Part shown: positions 47,603 to 56,275 of the stretch, piece after piece
How positions within the stretch are numbered: position 1 is the stretch's first letter
How the letters are laid out: each line of letters starts with the position of its first letter
Assembly: GCA_964422035.1 (NCBI GenBank)
Contig: CAYQZQ010000001.1
Span: forward strand, 587,786-651,785
Length of the DNA stretch: 64,000 nucleotides
Source: an uncultured Pseudomonadales bacterium
GTDB lineage: Bacteria > Patescibacteriota > Microgenomatia > UBA1400 > Chazhemtobacteraceae
Reading direction: 5' to 3'
The notes under the pieces: generated by a model
Told to the model about the DNA's origin: nothing
Seen by the model: only the letters and a program-made list of their open reading frames with translations
Databases searched by the model: none
Program-made: the position numbers and the translations under genes

Positions 47603-50449
47603 TTAGTCCTGAGAGAGGCGGTTAAATTGAACTGCGTATAAAGTATCAGCTTCTAAAGGATTTGAGAAAACAAGTGATTGAGGTTCGGTGCGGGCAGGAA
47701 TGGTGATTTTTTCAGGTGATAGTTGAGATGGGTAGTTGATGGTGACGGATGTTGGTAGTGAGCCGGTACCAGATTGTTTTTGCCAGTTGATTGAGAGACT
47801 GGAGGTTGGACTGAAGGTGTTTAGTATCTGCTGGGAACGGATAGCGAGATCAAGTTGGCCGGTTTGTTGGGAAGGGATGGTGTAGTAAAAGGAGATTATT
47901 TTAAGATTTAAAAAGGGGTCGATGGTGGTGTCTTGAGGCTGGATCGGTTGATTGTTCAGTTGGCTAGAGATTAGTTGAGAGTTGGGAGGAAGATAAAAGC
48001 GGGTATACGTTTTATATGTTCCAGACGAGGGAGTGTCTTGGAGAGCGTTGTTTTGGTAAATAACTGATATCTGGTGGTCGAGCTGGCCTTGAGGTTGAAT
48101 ATCTATTGTGTGAAAGAGGCGGCGTGAGAGATAGTAGTTGGCTTTATTAACACCCAGGTTTGCCTCGATGAGAGAAAAAGTTAATGAGGTGCAGTAAGTT
48201 TGATTAAACATAGCAGGGCAGTCTTGTTTGGCTAGAGAACCTGACCAGTTATTTTTTTCAATAATGGGTTGAGCTTGAGGTGAATTGAGAGAAATGGTTA
48301 TTTCCTGTTTTTTAAGAGACTGATCAAGAGCTCTTACGAAGGCTACAAAATCTAGCTGGCCAGAGGTGATTTTTTGTAGAATTTTTTCAGTTAAAGGAGT
48401 AATTAGTTGGGGTGAGGAGTTGGGTTGATTAGCTAGTTGAGAGTGTTTGTTTATTTGTTGAAATAGATTCTGGGCGTCGATTGTTGTTTGGGGTTGGCTG
48501 AGAGTAATGGGGCCAGTGGACTGAAGGATGCTCTGAAGGGAGTAAAGATTTAAGCCAATTGTGCCTGAAATACTTTTATTAAGCTCTTTTTGAGCAAACC
48601 ATTGAGCTTGTTCTGCGGCGATGGGAAAATGAGGGCTCCAGTTTGAATCTCTTAAGTACCAGCTGTCTTCTGCAAGGTATTGCTGCAGAGGAGCGGGAGC
48701 TTCTACTACCCCGTCAAGTTGGGCGTCTGCTTGATAAACAGGCATTGTTTTTGTTTGGGTAAGATGACCGTTTTGAAAGGTTAACAGACTGATACTGCTG
48801 ATAAAACCACCAGTGGGGCGCAGCTCCTGGTTGTTTTGAAGAAGAACTAGATAGGTTTGGGGTGTATTAGTGTCAATAAGTTGAGGCAAAATTTCAATGG
48901 CGGCTATCCCCAACTGTAATCTTTGTCTTAAGTCTGGAATTTTTGATTTTATATCTTTGAGTTGATGGATGTATTTGAGTCGGGATTGAATGTTTAACTT
49001 GTTGAGACTAGATTGAAGCAGTGATAGTTGGCTGTAGAGATAGTCAAGATCTGTTTTTAAGCCAGTATTGATTTGTTCAAAGTTTTGAGACTGAGGGTTG
49101 ATGATTGTTTGATAGAGTTTTTGACCTTTTTGAGCTGAGTGAGAGGTAGTTTCAAGAACGGTAGTTAGGCGCAGGCCGACGTCAAAATACTGGTCGTATT
49201 TGTTGATTTTTTGATCTACGGATGGAAGGGGGTTAATTTGACTGACTAAGCCCAGGAATTGTCGGGCTTTGTTGAGTTTGCGGGTAGACTTTTGAGAAAG
49301 CTTTATGCTTTGCTCAAATTGGACGGAACGTAGATTATCAAGGGAGGCCTGCAATGAGTTAACAGCTTGGTAACTGAGAGAGACAAAATATATTAAAGGC
49401 GAGAGAGCAATTACGGTGATGAGGGTTGCTTTGGTTAAAACCCTGGATAATTTTTTTAGTTTGGTTTTTAACTTGTTTTTTTTAGATGGTTTATCAGTTG
49501 TGTTTTTTTTCAGAGGTGAAAGCTGAGGAGAAGGAGTTGGTTGTCTTTGGGTAGTCCCCTTCTTTTTATGGGCAGATGAGGGAGTTGGTTGCTGTGGCTG
49601 TGGTTGGTTTTTAGACAAAAACTGAAAAGTTTGCCTTAGAGAGACGTTAAGATCAGTTTCTGGTTGCCAATTTAGTTGGGCCTGGGTATGAGCAATAAGT
49701 TCTTGGCTGGGTAGTTTTAGGTCTTTGGCGTTTTGAGTCAAGTCAAGATCTGGGTGGAATTTTAAATATTCATCAGAGGGGTCTTCTAGCGATAAAGCAA
49801 AATCTGTTAAAGTAACTGGTTCAAGAGGACTAATAGAAAATATTTTTTGGTCTGTCTGAGGAGAGAAAGTGGCTTTTGTTAAACCTGAGACAGCGTCTTT
49901 AACGTATAGAGGTAAGAGTTTTGTTTGGGGATGGGCCGGGAGAGTTAGAGATTTTTGTTGCCAGAGATGGGTGAATATTTTTTCAGTAAAACCAGAGTCG
50001 GTGGTGAGCATGTAAGGGCCATATATGTGATCAAGTAAAATGCTTCTGTAGTTTGTGGAGGGGGAAAGTTGTGATTGAAGATCGTGGAGGAGGGCGTCTT
50101 TTTGGGAGAAACGTCCGACAAAGGTGAGTTTAGAGGAGGTAGAGGTAAGCAGAGGTAAAAACTTGGTTAGGTTAAAGCGAGAGTCAAATGGATAGAGAAA
50201 GAATGTGTAGTCAGCGGATTTCCAGTCGGCTTGCGAAGGGGTAGATGAGAGGGTTTTTTGTTGAATACTTTTGTCCGGGGAGGAGAAGGTGGGAAGGCTG
50301 GGTGGCAGATGGTACCAGGTAACTTGAATGTTGTGCTGGGCCAGGATGAAGGCAAGATGGTAAGCAAGGAGGTTGTGAGGAGAAAAAATTAAAGCCCGGT
50401 TAAGTTCCTGGTCGATGTTTGCATGGTAAGGCAGGTTGGATTGGGGCAT
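47603..50449 (-). CDS. DUF4012 domain protein with N-terminal degenerate epimerase-like domain
   Basis: YLVLLQNNQELRPTGGFI, LRDSNWSPHFP, EANLGVNKAN, QKQSG; N-terminal IYGP, LYVKDAV, LNWQP. Confidence 0.8.
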   Translation of the reverse strand: MPQSNLPYHANIDQELNRALIFSPHNLLAYHLAFILAQHNIQVTWYHLPPSLPTFSSPDKSIQQKTLSSTPSQADWKSADYTFFLYPFDSRFNLTKFLPLLTSTSSKLTFVGRFSQKDALLHDLQSQLSPSTNYRSILLDHIYGPYMLTTDSGFTEKIFTHLWQQKSLTLPAHPQTKLLPLYVKDAVSGLTKATFSPQTDQKIFSISPLEPVTLTDFALSLEDPSDEYLKFHPDLDLTQNAKDLKLPSQELIAHTQAQLNWQPETDLNVSLRQTFQFLSKNQPQPQQPTPSSAHKKKGTTQRQPTPSPQLSPLKKNTTDKPSKKNKLKTKLKKLSRVLTKATLITVIALSPLIYFVSLSYQAVNSLQASLDNLRSVQFEQSIKLSQKSTRKLNKARQFLGLVSQINPLPSVDQKINKYDQYFDVGLRLTTVLETTSHSAQKGQKLYQTIINPQSQNFEQINTGLKTDLDYLYSQLSLLQSSLNKLNIQSRLKYIHQLKDIKSKIPDLRQRLQLGIAAIEILPQLIDTNTPQTYLVLLQNNQELRPTGGFISSISLLTFQNGHLTQTKTMPVYQADAQLDGVVEAPAPLQQYLAEDSWYLRDSNWSPHFPIAAEQAQWFAQKELNKSISGTIGLNLYSLQSILQSTGPITLSQPQTTIDAQNLFQQINKHSQLANQPNSSPQLITPLTEKILQKITSGQLDFVAFVRALDQSLKKQEITISLNSPQAQPIIEKNNWSGSLAKQDCPAMFNQTYCTSLTFSLIEANLGVNKANYYLSRRLFHTIDIQPQGQLDHQISVIYQNNALQDTPSSGTYKTYTRFYLPPNSQLISSQLNNQPIQPQDTTIDPFLNLKIISFYYTIPSQQTGQLDLAIRSQQILNTFSPTSSLSINWQKQSGTGSLPTSVTINYPSQLSPEKITIPARTEPQSLVFSNPLEADTLYAVQFNRLSQD

Positions 50450-50721
50450 AGATTAAGTATAGAACAAGGATTTTATTTGAGCTAATGGTAATTTTTGTAT
50501 AGCTTATAGAAAATTGTAAGTTTTGGAGTAATTGAATAATGACTAATTTATTTGTTTATTTTAGGTTGAAGTTATTCTGTACTTTGTGGCTAGTGAATTG
50601 TGATTTTTGTTCTTACGTGGGACATGTGAAAATTGGGGGTAAAAAAAATTTCGATTATCCACAGTCGGGCACGGTATAATTTATCCTAGAATTATTTTGC
50701 GGGGATTAAATAAAAAAAGAG

Positions 50722-51141
50722 TTATTGGCGAAGATCTAGTTCGTTGTTTAAAAGTTCGTCAGCGCGGTGGTTTTTGTCTCTGAGAACATGGCGGAAGTTG
50801 ACAATTAGATTGAGATTGTTGATGTTTTCTTTAGTCTGGGCGGCAAGTTCTTGAAGATGAACATTTTTGATTTTGTATTGGCCGGTTAGTTGTTTAACTA
50901 CCAACTCGGAGTCAAGAACAAATTCAACGGTTTGAAACTGAGAAAACAATTGAGGGTTTCTTTTGATGAATCTTAGTGAGTTAAGAACGGCTTGGTATTC
51001 AGCTTGGTTATTGGTGGCTTCTCCTAGATACCAGCTTGATTGGGCAACAACTTGTTTATCTGTTTGAAAGACAGCAGCGCAAGCAGCTGGGCCGGGGTTG
51101 CCCCGCGATCCTCCGTCAGTGTAAATAGTTAGTTTGCTCAT
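50722..51141 (-). CDS. rnhA: Ribonuclease HI (RVT_3-type)
   Basis: YTDGGSRGNPG, TNNQAEY, DSELVVKQ, HVLRDKNHRAD. Confidence 0.93.
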   Translation of the reverse strand: MSKLTIYTDGGSRGNPGPAACAAVFQTDKQVVAQSSWYLGEATNNQAEYQAVLNSLRFIKRNPQLFSQFQTVEFVLDSELVVKQLTGQYKIKNVHLQELAAQTKENINNLNLIVNFRHVLRDKNHRADELLNNELDLRQ

Positions 51142-51151
51142 AAGAAGTATT

Positions 51152-52405
51152 TTATACTAAGTTTGGTCGGTTTTTGAGAGTAATTAGAAGTGAGATGGTA
51201 AGAGCAAGCAGAAGGCGATTTTGAGGAAGAGTTAGCCAGTAGTGGTCAAGCAGGCCGGTGAGAATTATCAGGGCGATAATAAGTTGTGATTGGAAGGAAA
51301 GCTTAAAGTAGAATCGCAAGAAGTAGTAGGTTAGAGGAATAAAAATTAAAAGTCCCAGTTGAGACAACAACAGCCAAAAAAGGTTGTGGGCTGGTTGAAT
51401 TAGAGAGAAAGGAGTTTGGGGGTTTATTTTGACAAGAGCATAAAGGAAGTTGTTCAAGCCCGTACCTAACAGTGGATTGTTAATAAAAATTCGAACAGCT
51501 GAGTGATTGAGAAAGAGTCGGCTTTGTATGGCAAGTCTGGTATTTTGAAAGTTAGTAAGAGCTGGAAAGATAAAGAGTGAAGAGAAGACTAAAGAAATGG
51601 TTGGAATGAGGGTGCCGATGGTTTTTTTAGTTGAAGAAGAAAGATGAGGAGAGATAACCAATATGGGCAGGATGATTAAAGCTGTAAACAAGGAGACGCG
51701 AGAGAAAGTGAGAAACAGAGCAGGGAGAGCAATAATAAAAGATAAGTAGAGGGAGGGTTTTTTAAAGTTAAGGTGTTGGTGAAGAAGATAGATCAAGCCC
51801 AGTGATAAAAGCAGAAAACCGGCTAGAGAGTTGGGGTGGCTGAAGGTGGCGTAAGGGCGCAAAAGTAGAAAAGAAGAAGGGAAAAGAGAGTAGGGAAGAT
51901 GTTGAGCCAGATCAAGACGAGCAATGCCTGAGGTGGCAATATTGAGTTGTCGTTCACCTAAAAAATAAAGCGGGCCGTTTAATGAAGACTGGAGAATAAA
52001 CTGGGTAATGGTTAGAAGTGAGGTGAATATCAGGGTAGTAAAAAGTGTGTAATAAATTGTTTTTAATAAAGAGGGGCGGGAGATAATGGTAGAGACAAAG
52101 CTTATTAAGAGAAAAATACGCAACCAAAAAATCAGGGCGGGAAGAGGGTGGATGGCAAAAATTATGTTCAAAACAGGAAAAGCTACAATAGAGATTTTTA
52201 GAAATAAAGAAAGTTTGTCTACTTGTTGTAAAAGAGACTTCAAATTAAACAAGAAAAGTAAAACTAAAAGAATATCTGTGAAGTAAAAGACGGGAGAGAG
52301 GTAATCTATCTTAAGTCCGCTGAGATAGCTGTAGGAAGGCCAGAAATGTTTACCCAGTTGAGTGGGAGAGAAAAGAGTCAGTAATGACACTAAGACGGCA
52401 ATCAT
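51152..52405 (-). CDS. O-antigen ligase / Wzy_C family membrane protein
   Basis: RPYATFSHPNSLAG, TFSR, GTGLNNF, QPAHN, DHY. Confidence 0.85.
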   Translation of the reverse strand: MIAVLVSLLTLFSPTQLGKHFWPSYSYLSGLKIDYLSPVFYFTDILLVLLFLFNLKSLLQQVDKLSLFLKISIVAFPVLNIIFAIHPLPALIFWLRIFLLISFVSTIISRPSLLKTIYYTLFTTLIFTSLLTITQFILQSSLNGPLYFLGERQLNIATSGIARLDLAQHLPYSLFPSSFLLLRPYATFSHPNSLAGFLLLSLGLIYLLHQHLNFKKPSLYLSFIIALPALFLTFSRVSLFTALIILPILVISPHLSSSTKKTIGTLIPTISLVFSSLFIFPALTNFQNTRLAIQSRLFLNHSAVRIFINNPLLGTGLNNFLYALVKINPQTPFSLIQPAHNLFWLLLSQLGLLIFIPLTYYFLRFYFKLSFQSQLIIALIILTGLLDHYWLTLPQNRLLLALTISLLITLKNRPNLV

Positions 52406-52423
52406 GCTCTTAGTATAAGGGTT

Positions 52424-52882
52424 TTAGGCCGGAATGATATATAGTTGCCTGAGTGGTTCTTCTCCACGTGATTCGGTAGTAACATCTTTTCGGTTGGAGA
52501 AGTGTTGATGAATCAGGTGGCGTTGAAATGAGTTTAGGTCGGGGAGAATAATTTCTTGGCCGGTGTCTTGGGCGCGATTAGCTGCTTGCTCGGCTTGATT
52601 TAGAAGCATTTGCTTGCGTCGATCTTGATAGTCGTTGACGTTAACACGAACATGAAACCATTGGTCAAATCTTTGGTTAAGCATCAATCCTAAAATTAGC
52701 CTTAAAGAGCGAATTGTTTCACCTTGTCGGCCGATGAAGCGACCTGATTGATCTTCAGGCAAGGTCAGATGAAGATAAACCCTATCTTCTTCAAGCTCTA
52801 CCTCGATTTGGTCTTCATTGAGTCCCAAGAGTTGACAGGTGTTGGTGAGGATTTGTTGGATTTTTTGGTTGTCTTTAGTCAT
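52424..52882 (-). CDS. jag: Jag/EloR RNA-binding protein (KH plus R3H)
   Basis: IGRQGETI, NVNDY, QRHLIH, TESRGEEPLR; downstream of yidC. Confidence 0.88.
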   Translation of the reverse strand: MTKDNQKIQQILTNTCQLLGLNEDQIEVELEEDRVYLHLTLPEDQSGRFIGRQGETIRSLRLILGLMLNQRFDQWFHVRVNVNDYQDRRKQMLLNQAEQAANRAQDTGQEIILPDLNSFQRHLIHQHFSNRKDVTTESRGEEPLRQLYIIPA

Positions 52883-53627
52883 TTTTGAGAAAACTTAATT
52901 TGCTTAACAATTGATTTTTTAGAGTTATTAAACCACCTGGGCCGGAAACGATAAGTTGTTGACCAAAAGAAAAGAGAGTAGTGACCACCCAATAGAGAGC
53001 CAGGCCGGAAGGAAATCTGGAGGCGATTACGACGGTCATGATGGGCATGAGATAGACCATTTGCTGTTGGATTGATTGGGCCATTTCCAAAGAGTCTTCC
53101 TCTTCTTGTTTTTTTTGTTTATCTTTAGGGTTTTCAACGTCTTGTTTTAAGCCTGATTGCATCATGAATGAGTAAAGAAGCTGAGATATACCAGCCAGAA
53201 CAGGGAGGATGTAGTAAGGGTCTGATTTGGACAGATCCAGCCAGAGGAACTTCATGTTGATAGCTACTCCGTCGGCCGTACCTTTATCAATGAAGTTTAA
53301 AAAGACTCGGTAAAGGGCAATTAGGATGATGATTTGAACTATTTGAGGGAGACAGCCACTGACAGGGCTGACGCCGTGTTCTTTATATAGATCCAGTTGG
53401 GCTTGTTGTTGCTTGGCTTTGTCTTTGTGCTTCTTTTTGATCTTGTCGAGTTGGGGTTTTAATTCCTGCATTTTTTTAGCAGAGCGAAGAGCGGGAAGAG
53501 TGATAGGGACTAAAATGGCGCGTATTAGAAGTGTTAAGGTGATGATGGCCAGAGCAATGTTGTTACCTAAGGCTTGATAGAGAAAGATTAGAACTTGTGT
53601 TATTGGCGAGGTTAGAAAATTTATCAT
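52875..53627 (-). CDS. yidC: Membrane protein insertase YidC
   Basis: KMQELKP, GCLPQIVQ, FLWLDL..DP, PSGLALYW. Confidence 0.95.
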   Translation of the reverse strand: MINFLTSPITQVLIFLYQALGNNIALAIITLTLLIRAILVPITLPALRSAKKMQELKPQLDKIKKKHKDKAKQQQAQLDLYKEHGVSPVSGCLPQIVQIIILIALYRVFLNFIDKGTADGVAINMKFLWLDLSKSDPYYILPVLAGISQLLYSFMMQSGLKQDVENPKDKQKKQEEEDSLEMAQSIQQQMVYLMPIMTVVIASRFPSGLALYWVVTTLFSFGQQLIVSGPGGLITLKNQLLSKLSFLKND

Positions 53628-53639
53628 ATTGTTTTTTAT

Positions 53640-53879
53640 TTAATTTAAATCTGGAACAGGGTCGTGACCGCCTGAAAAAAGAGGATTGCAACGCAATAAG
53701 CGTTTAGTACCCAGCACTAAGCCTGTTATTATACCGTATCTTTGGACTGCTTTTTTTGTGTATTGAGAACAGGTGGGGGTAAAACGGCAGGCATTAAGGC
53801 TGTGAGTGAAGGGAGCCATTAGAGAATGAAGGGCGGGAGAGATAAATCTTTGATAGAAGTTAATCAGGTATTTAGTCAT
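53640..53879 (-). CDS. yidD: Membrane protein insertion efficiency factor YidD
   Basis: [31 protein letters not shown]. Confidence 0.95.
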   Translation of the reverse strand: MTKYLINFYQRFISPALHSLMAPFTHSLNACRFTPTCSQYTKKAVQRYGIITGLVLGTKRLLRCNPLFSGGHDPVPDLN

Positions 53880-54222
53880 GTTTTAAGTATTTATTTAGAA
53901 TGTTTTGTAGTTGTTGTTTTATTTTTTGAAAACTGGTAGAGGTGATGGACTTTTGGGGAATAATAATGATGTCTAAGCCGGTGGGTAAAGAATCTAAAAG
54001 TTGATGGGCTGAATTGAGTATCTGGCGTCTTTTTTTGTTTCTGATTACGGCTTTGTTGCTTATTTTTTTGGAAAGCAGAGTGGCAAAGCGAGTTGGCTGA
54101 TCTTTTCGATCAGAGGGGGAAGCGATAAGGATAGTAAAAAGGGGAGAGAAGAAAGATTGGGCTTGCTGTTGGGTTATCTGTCTTCTCTTTCTTAAGGGTA
54201 GGCGGTTTTTTTTAGGAAGCAT
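53872..54222 (-). CDS. rnpA: Ribonuclease P protein component
   Basis: [24 protein letters not shown]; lies between rpmH and yidD. Confidence 0.9.
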   Translation of the reverse strand: MLPKKNRLPLRKRRQITQQQAQSFFSPLFTILIASPSDRKDQPTRFATLLSKKISNKAVIRNKKRRQILNSAHQLLDSLPTGLDIIIIPQKSITSTSFQKIKQQLQNILNKYLKHD

Positions 54223-54230
54223 AAGGAAAT

Positions 54231-54353
54231 TTACGCGGATAGCTTTTTGCGCCCCTTGCGGCGGCGGCTTTTTATGATGGTTTTGTTACGATTGCGAAAA
54301 CCATGCTTTTTTTTTCTTTTTCTTTTGGATGGCTGGTAGGTTCTTTTTGTCAT
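54231..54353 (-). CDS. rpmH: 50S ribosomal protein L34 (40 aa)
   Basis: Not in ORF track. Manual translation MTKRTYQPSKRKRKKKHGFRNRNKTIIKSRRRKGRKKLSA. Confidence 0.95.
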   Translation of the reverse strand: MTKRTYQPSKRKRKKKHGFRNRNKTIIKSRRRKGRKKLSA

Positions 54354-54447
54354 AAAAGCGCTTTAATTGGCTAACGAGTAGATATTTTACCATGAATGGT
54401 TGATTAAAACGAAAAGAGAAGGGTGGATCAAGATATTCGGGATCAAA

Positions 54448-54565
54448 TGTGGAAAAGAAGTTTTTGGTACTCAAAGATGGTATTTTTTAGGTAGCAAATC
54501 AGTCAAAGTCAGTGTTTTGTTTGGGGTATTTAGGGGTTTAAAATTGTGGAAAACTATTCTACAGT
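54448..54565 (+). promoter_or_regulatory. dnaA promoter region with DnaA-box variants
   Basis: TGTGGAAAA at 54448-54456 and 54545-54553; TACAGT (54560-54565) 6 nt before the GTG start. Confidence 0.5.
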
Positions 54566-54571
54566 TGTCGT

Positions 54572-55963
54572 GTGGCAGCAATTGAAAAGGAAAACCTTTG
54601 GAAGTCTGTTCTGGGCGAACTGGAGGTTAGTATATCACCAGCTTTTTATAATTCTTTTATTAAACCTTGTTACATCAGCTCGATTGACAAGATTGATAAA
54701 GAGAGACTTTTAGTTGAGTTGGGGTGTATGTCGGGATTTCACCAGCAGACGATTGACCAGAGATATTATGCGCAGATAAAACAGATAATTGAAAAGCAGA
54801 CTGGGAAACAGGCTGAGTTAGCTCTGAAGGTAAAACCTAGACCATTTGAGGAAGAGGAAGTTTTGGACGAAAAAGAGGAGGCAACAAAAGAACCAGACTT
54901 GTTTGAACATCAAGAGTTTGAGGAAAAGGAGATGGAAGGGAAGGGAAGAAAGGCGGGTTTGAACTTAAGATTTTCATTTGATAATTTTGTGGTGGGAAGT
55001 TCGAATCAACTGGCTTACGCAGCAGCCAAAGGGGTGGTTGATGCGCCAGGAACAAAGCATAACCCACTATTTTTATGGGGTGGGGTTGGAGTGGGTAAGA
55101 CGCATTTAATGCATGCGGTGGGACAGGAACTATTGGGGAAAGGGTTGAATGTGCAGGCAGCAACAAGTGAGCAGTTTACAAATGAGTTGGTAACCACGAT
55201 CAGAAATAAAAACGTCGATGAGTTTAAGAAGAAGTATCGAAATTTGGATGTGTTATTGATTGATGATATTCAGTTTTTTGCAGGTAAAGAAAGTAGTCAG
55301 GAAGAATTTTTTCATACCTTCAATGAGTTATACAGTAAGGGAGCTCAGATTGTATTGACTTCTGACAGGAGACCTCAAGAAATTGAAGATGTTGAAGATA
55401 GGTTAATATCAAGATTTTTAGGAGGCTTGACTGTAGACATTAGTTTGCCAGACTGGGAGATGAGGTTGGCAATACTTAAGCAAAAATGTAATGAGTTGAA
55501 AGTTAATTATGAACCAGGAGCTTTGGATATCATTGCCACCTCGACAAACACCAACGCCAGAGAACTGGAAGGGATTTTAACGAGAATTATTAATATTGCT
55601 GAGATGGAAACAGGAGCAGTGACCAAAAATTTAGTAGAAAGAGAGATTGGGGTAGAGGCAGAGAAGAGAGCCAGAAGACTGCGTCCTCAAGAGGTTATTT
55701 CTTTGGTGGCCAAACATTTTGATTTAAAAAACAAACAATTAGTGGGTAAAAGCAGGAAATCAGAGTTAGTAAAAGCACGCCACATTACTATGTATTTACT
55801 GCGTGAGGAGATGGGAATGACTTTGCAACGCATTGCAAAACTGATTGGAGATAGAGATCACACCACAGTAATGCATGCTGTAGAAAAAATAGAAGAGGAG
55901 ATGATTGATAATCGTTTACTGCGATCTGATGTTATGGAAATGAAGCAGAAGATATACAAGTGA
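54572..55963 (+). CDS. dnaA: Chromosomal replication initiator DnaA
   Basis: FDNFVVGSSN, NPLFLWGGVGVGKTHLM, IDDIQF, QEEFFHTFN, RDHTTVMHA. Confidence 0.98.
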   Translation: MAAIEKENLWKSVLGELEVSISPAFYNSFIKPCYISSIDKIDKERLLVELGCMSGFHQQTIDQRYYAQIKQIIEKQTGKQAELALKVKPRPFEEEEVLDEKEEATKEPDLFEHQEFEEKEMEGKGRKAGLNLRFSFDNFVVGSSNQLAYAAAKGVVDAPGTKHNPLFLWGGVGVGKTHLMHAVGQELLGKGLNVQAATSEQFTNELVTTIRNKNVDEFKKKYRNLDVLLIDDIQFFAGKESSQEEFFHTFNELYSKGAQIVLTSDRRPQEIEDVEDRLISRFLGGLTVDISLPDWEMRLAILKQKCNELKVNYEPGALDIIATSTNTNARELEGILTRIINIAEMETGAVTKNLVEREIGVEAEKRARRLRPQEVISLVAKHFDLKNKQLVGKSRKSELVKARHITMYLLREEMGMTLQRIAKLIGDRDHTTVMHAVEKIEEEMIDNRLLRSDVMEMKQKIYK

Positions 55964-56275
55964 ACAAGTGGTGGAAAAGGAGTGGATAAAAAATTAAAAA
56001 GTGAACAAATATTGATTAACTTAAAATAAAATAAAAAGATATCCCAAAATTTAAATAATAATTCACAATAGAATTCACAATATTAAACAGTAATTAACAA
56101 AACATAACCCAAAAACAAGAGCTCAGCGGCTTTTATTTTTGAAGATCAAAAATCGGTATATCAATTAAAATATGGGTTTTAAACAAAAACAACAGGCAGA
56201 ATACAGGCGTAGTATCCAGATATACACAGTGCCTATTATTACGACTATATATTTATATATAATTAATTAATAACA
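55964..56275. other. oriC-like region with DnaA boxes, DnaA-trios and AT-rich unwinding element
   Basis: Box variants GGTGGAAAA (55970), AGTGGATAA (55981), TAATTCACA (56059), GAATTCACA (56071); overlapping boxes GTATCCAGA/ATATACACA (56212-56228), GTGCC, TATTATTACGACTAT (56234-56248), then an AT-only tract. Confidence 0.8.

Noticed and set aside
54286-54585. ORFs 54286-54474 (-) and 54400-54585 (+)
   Set aside because: Overlap rpmH in another frame and the dnaA promoter region; no recognisable protein features
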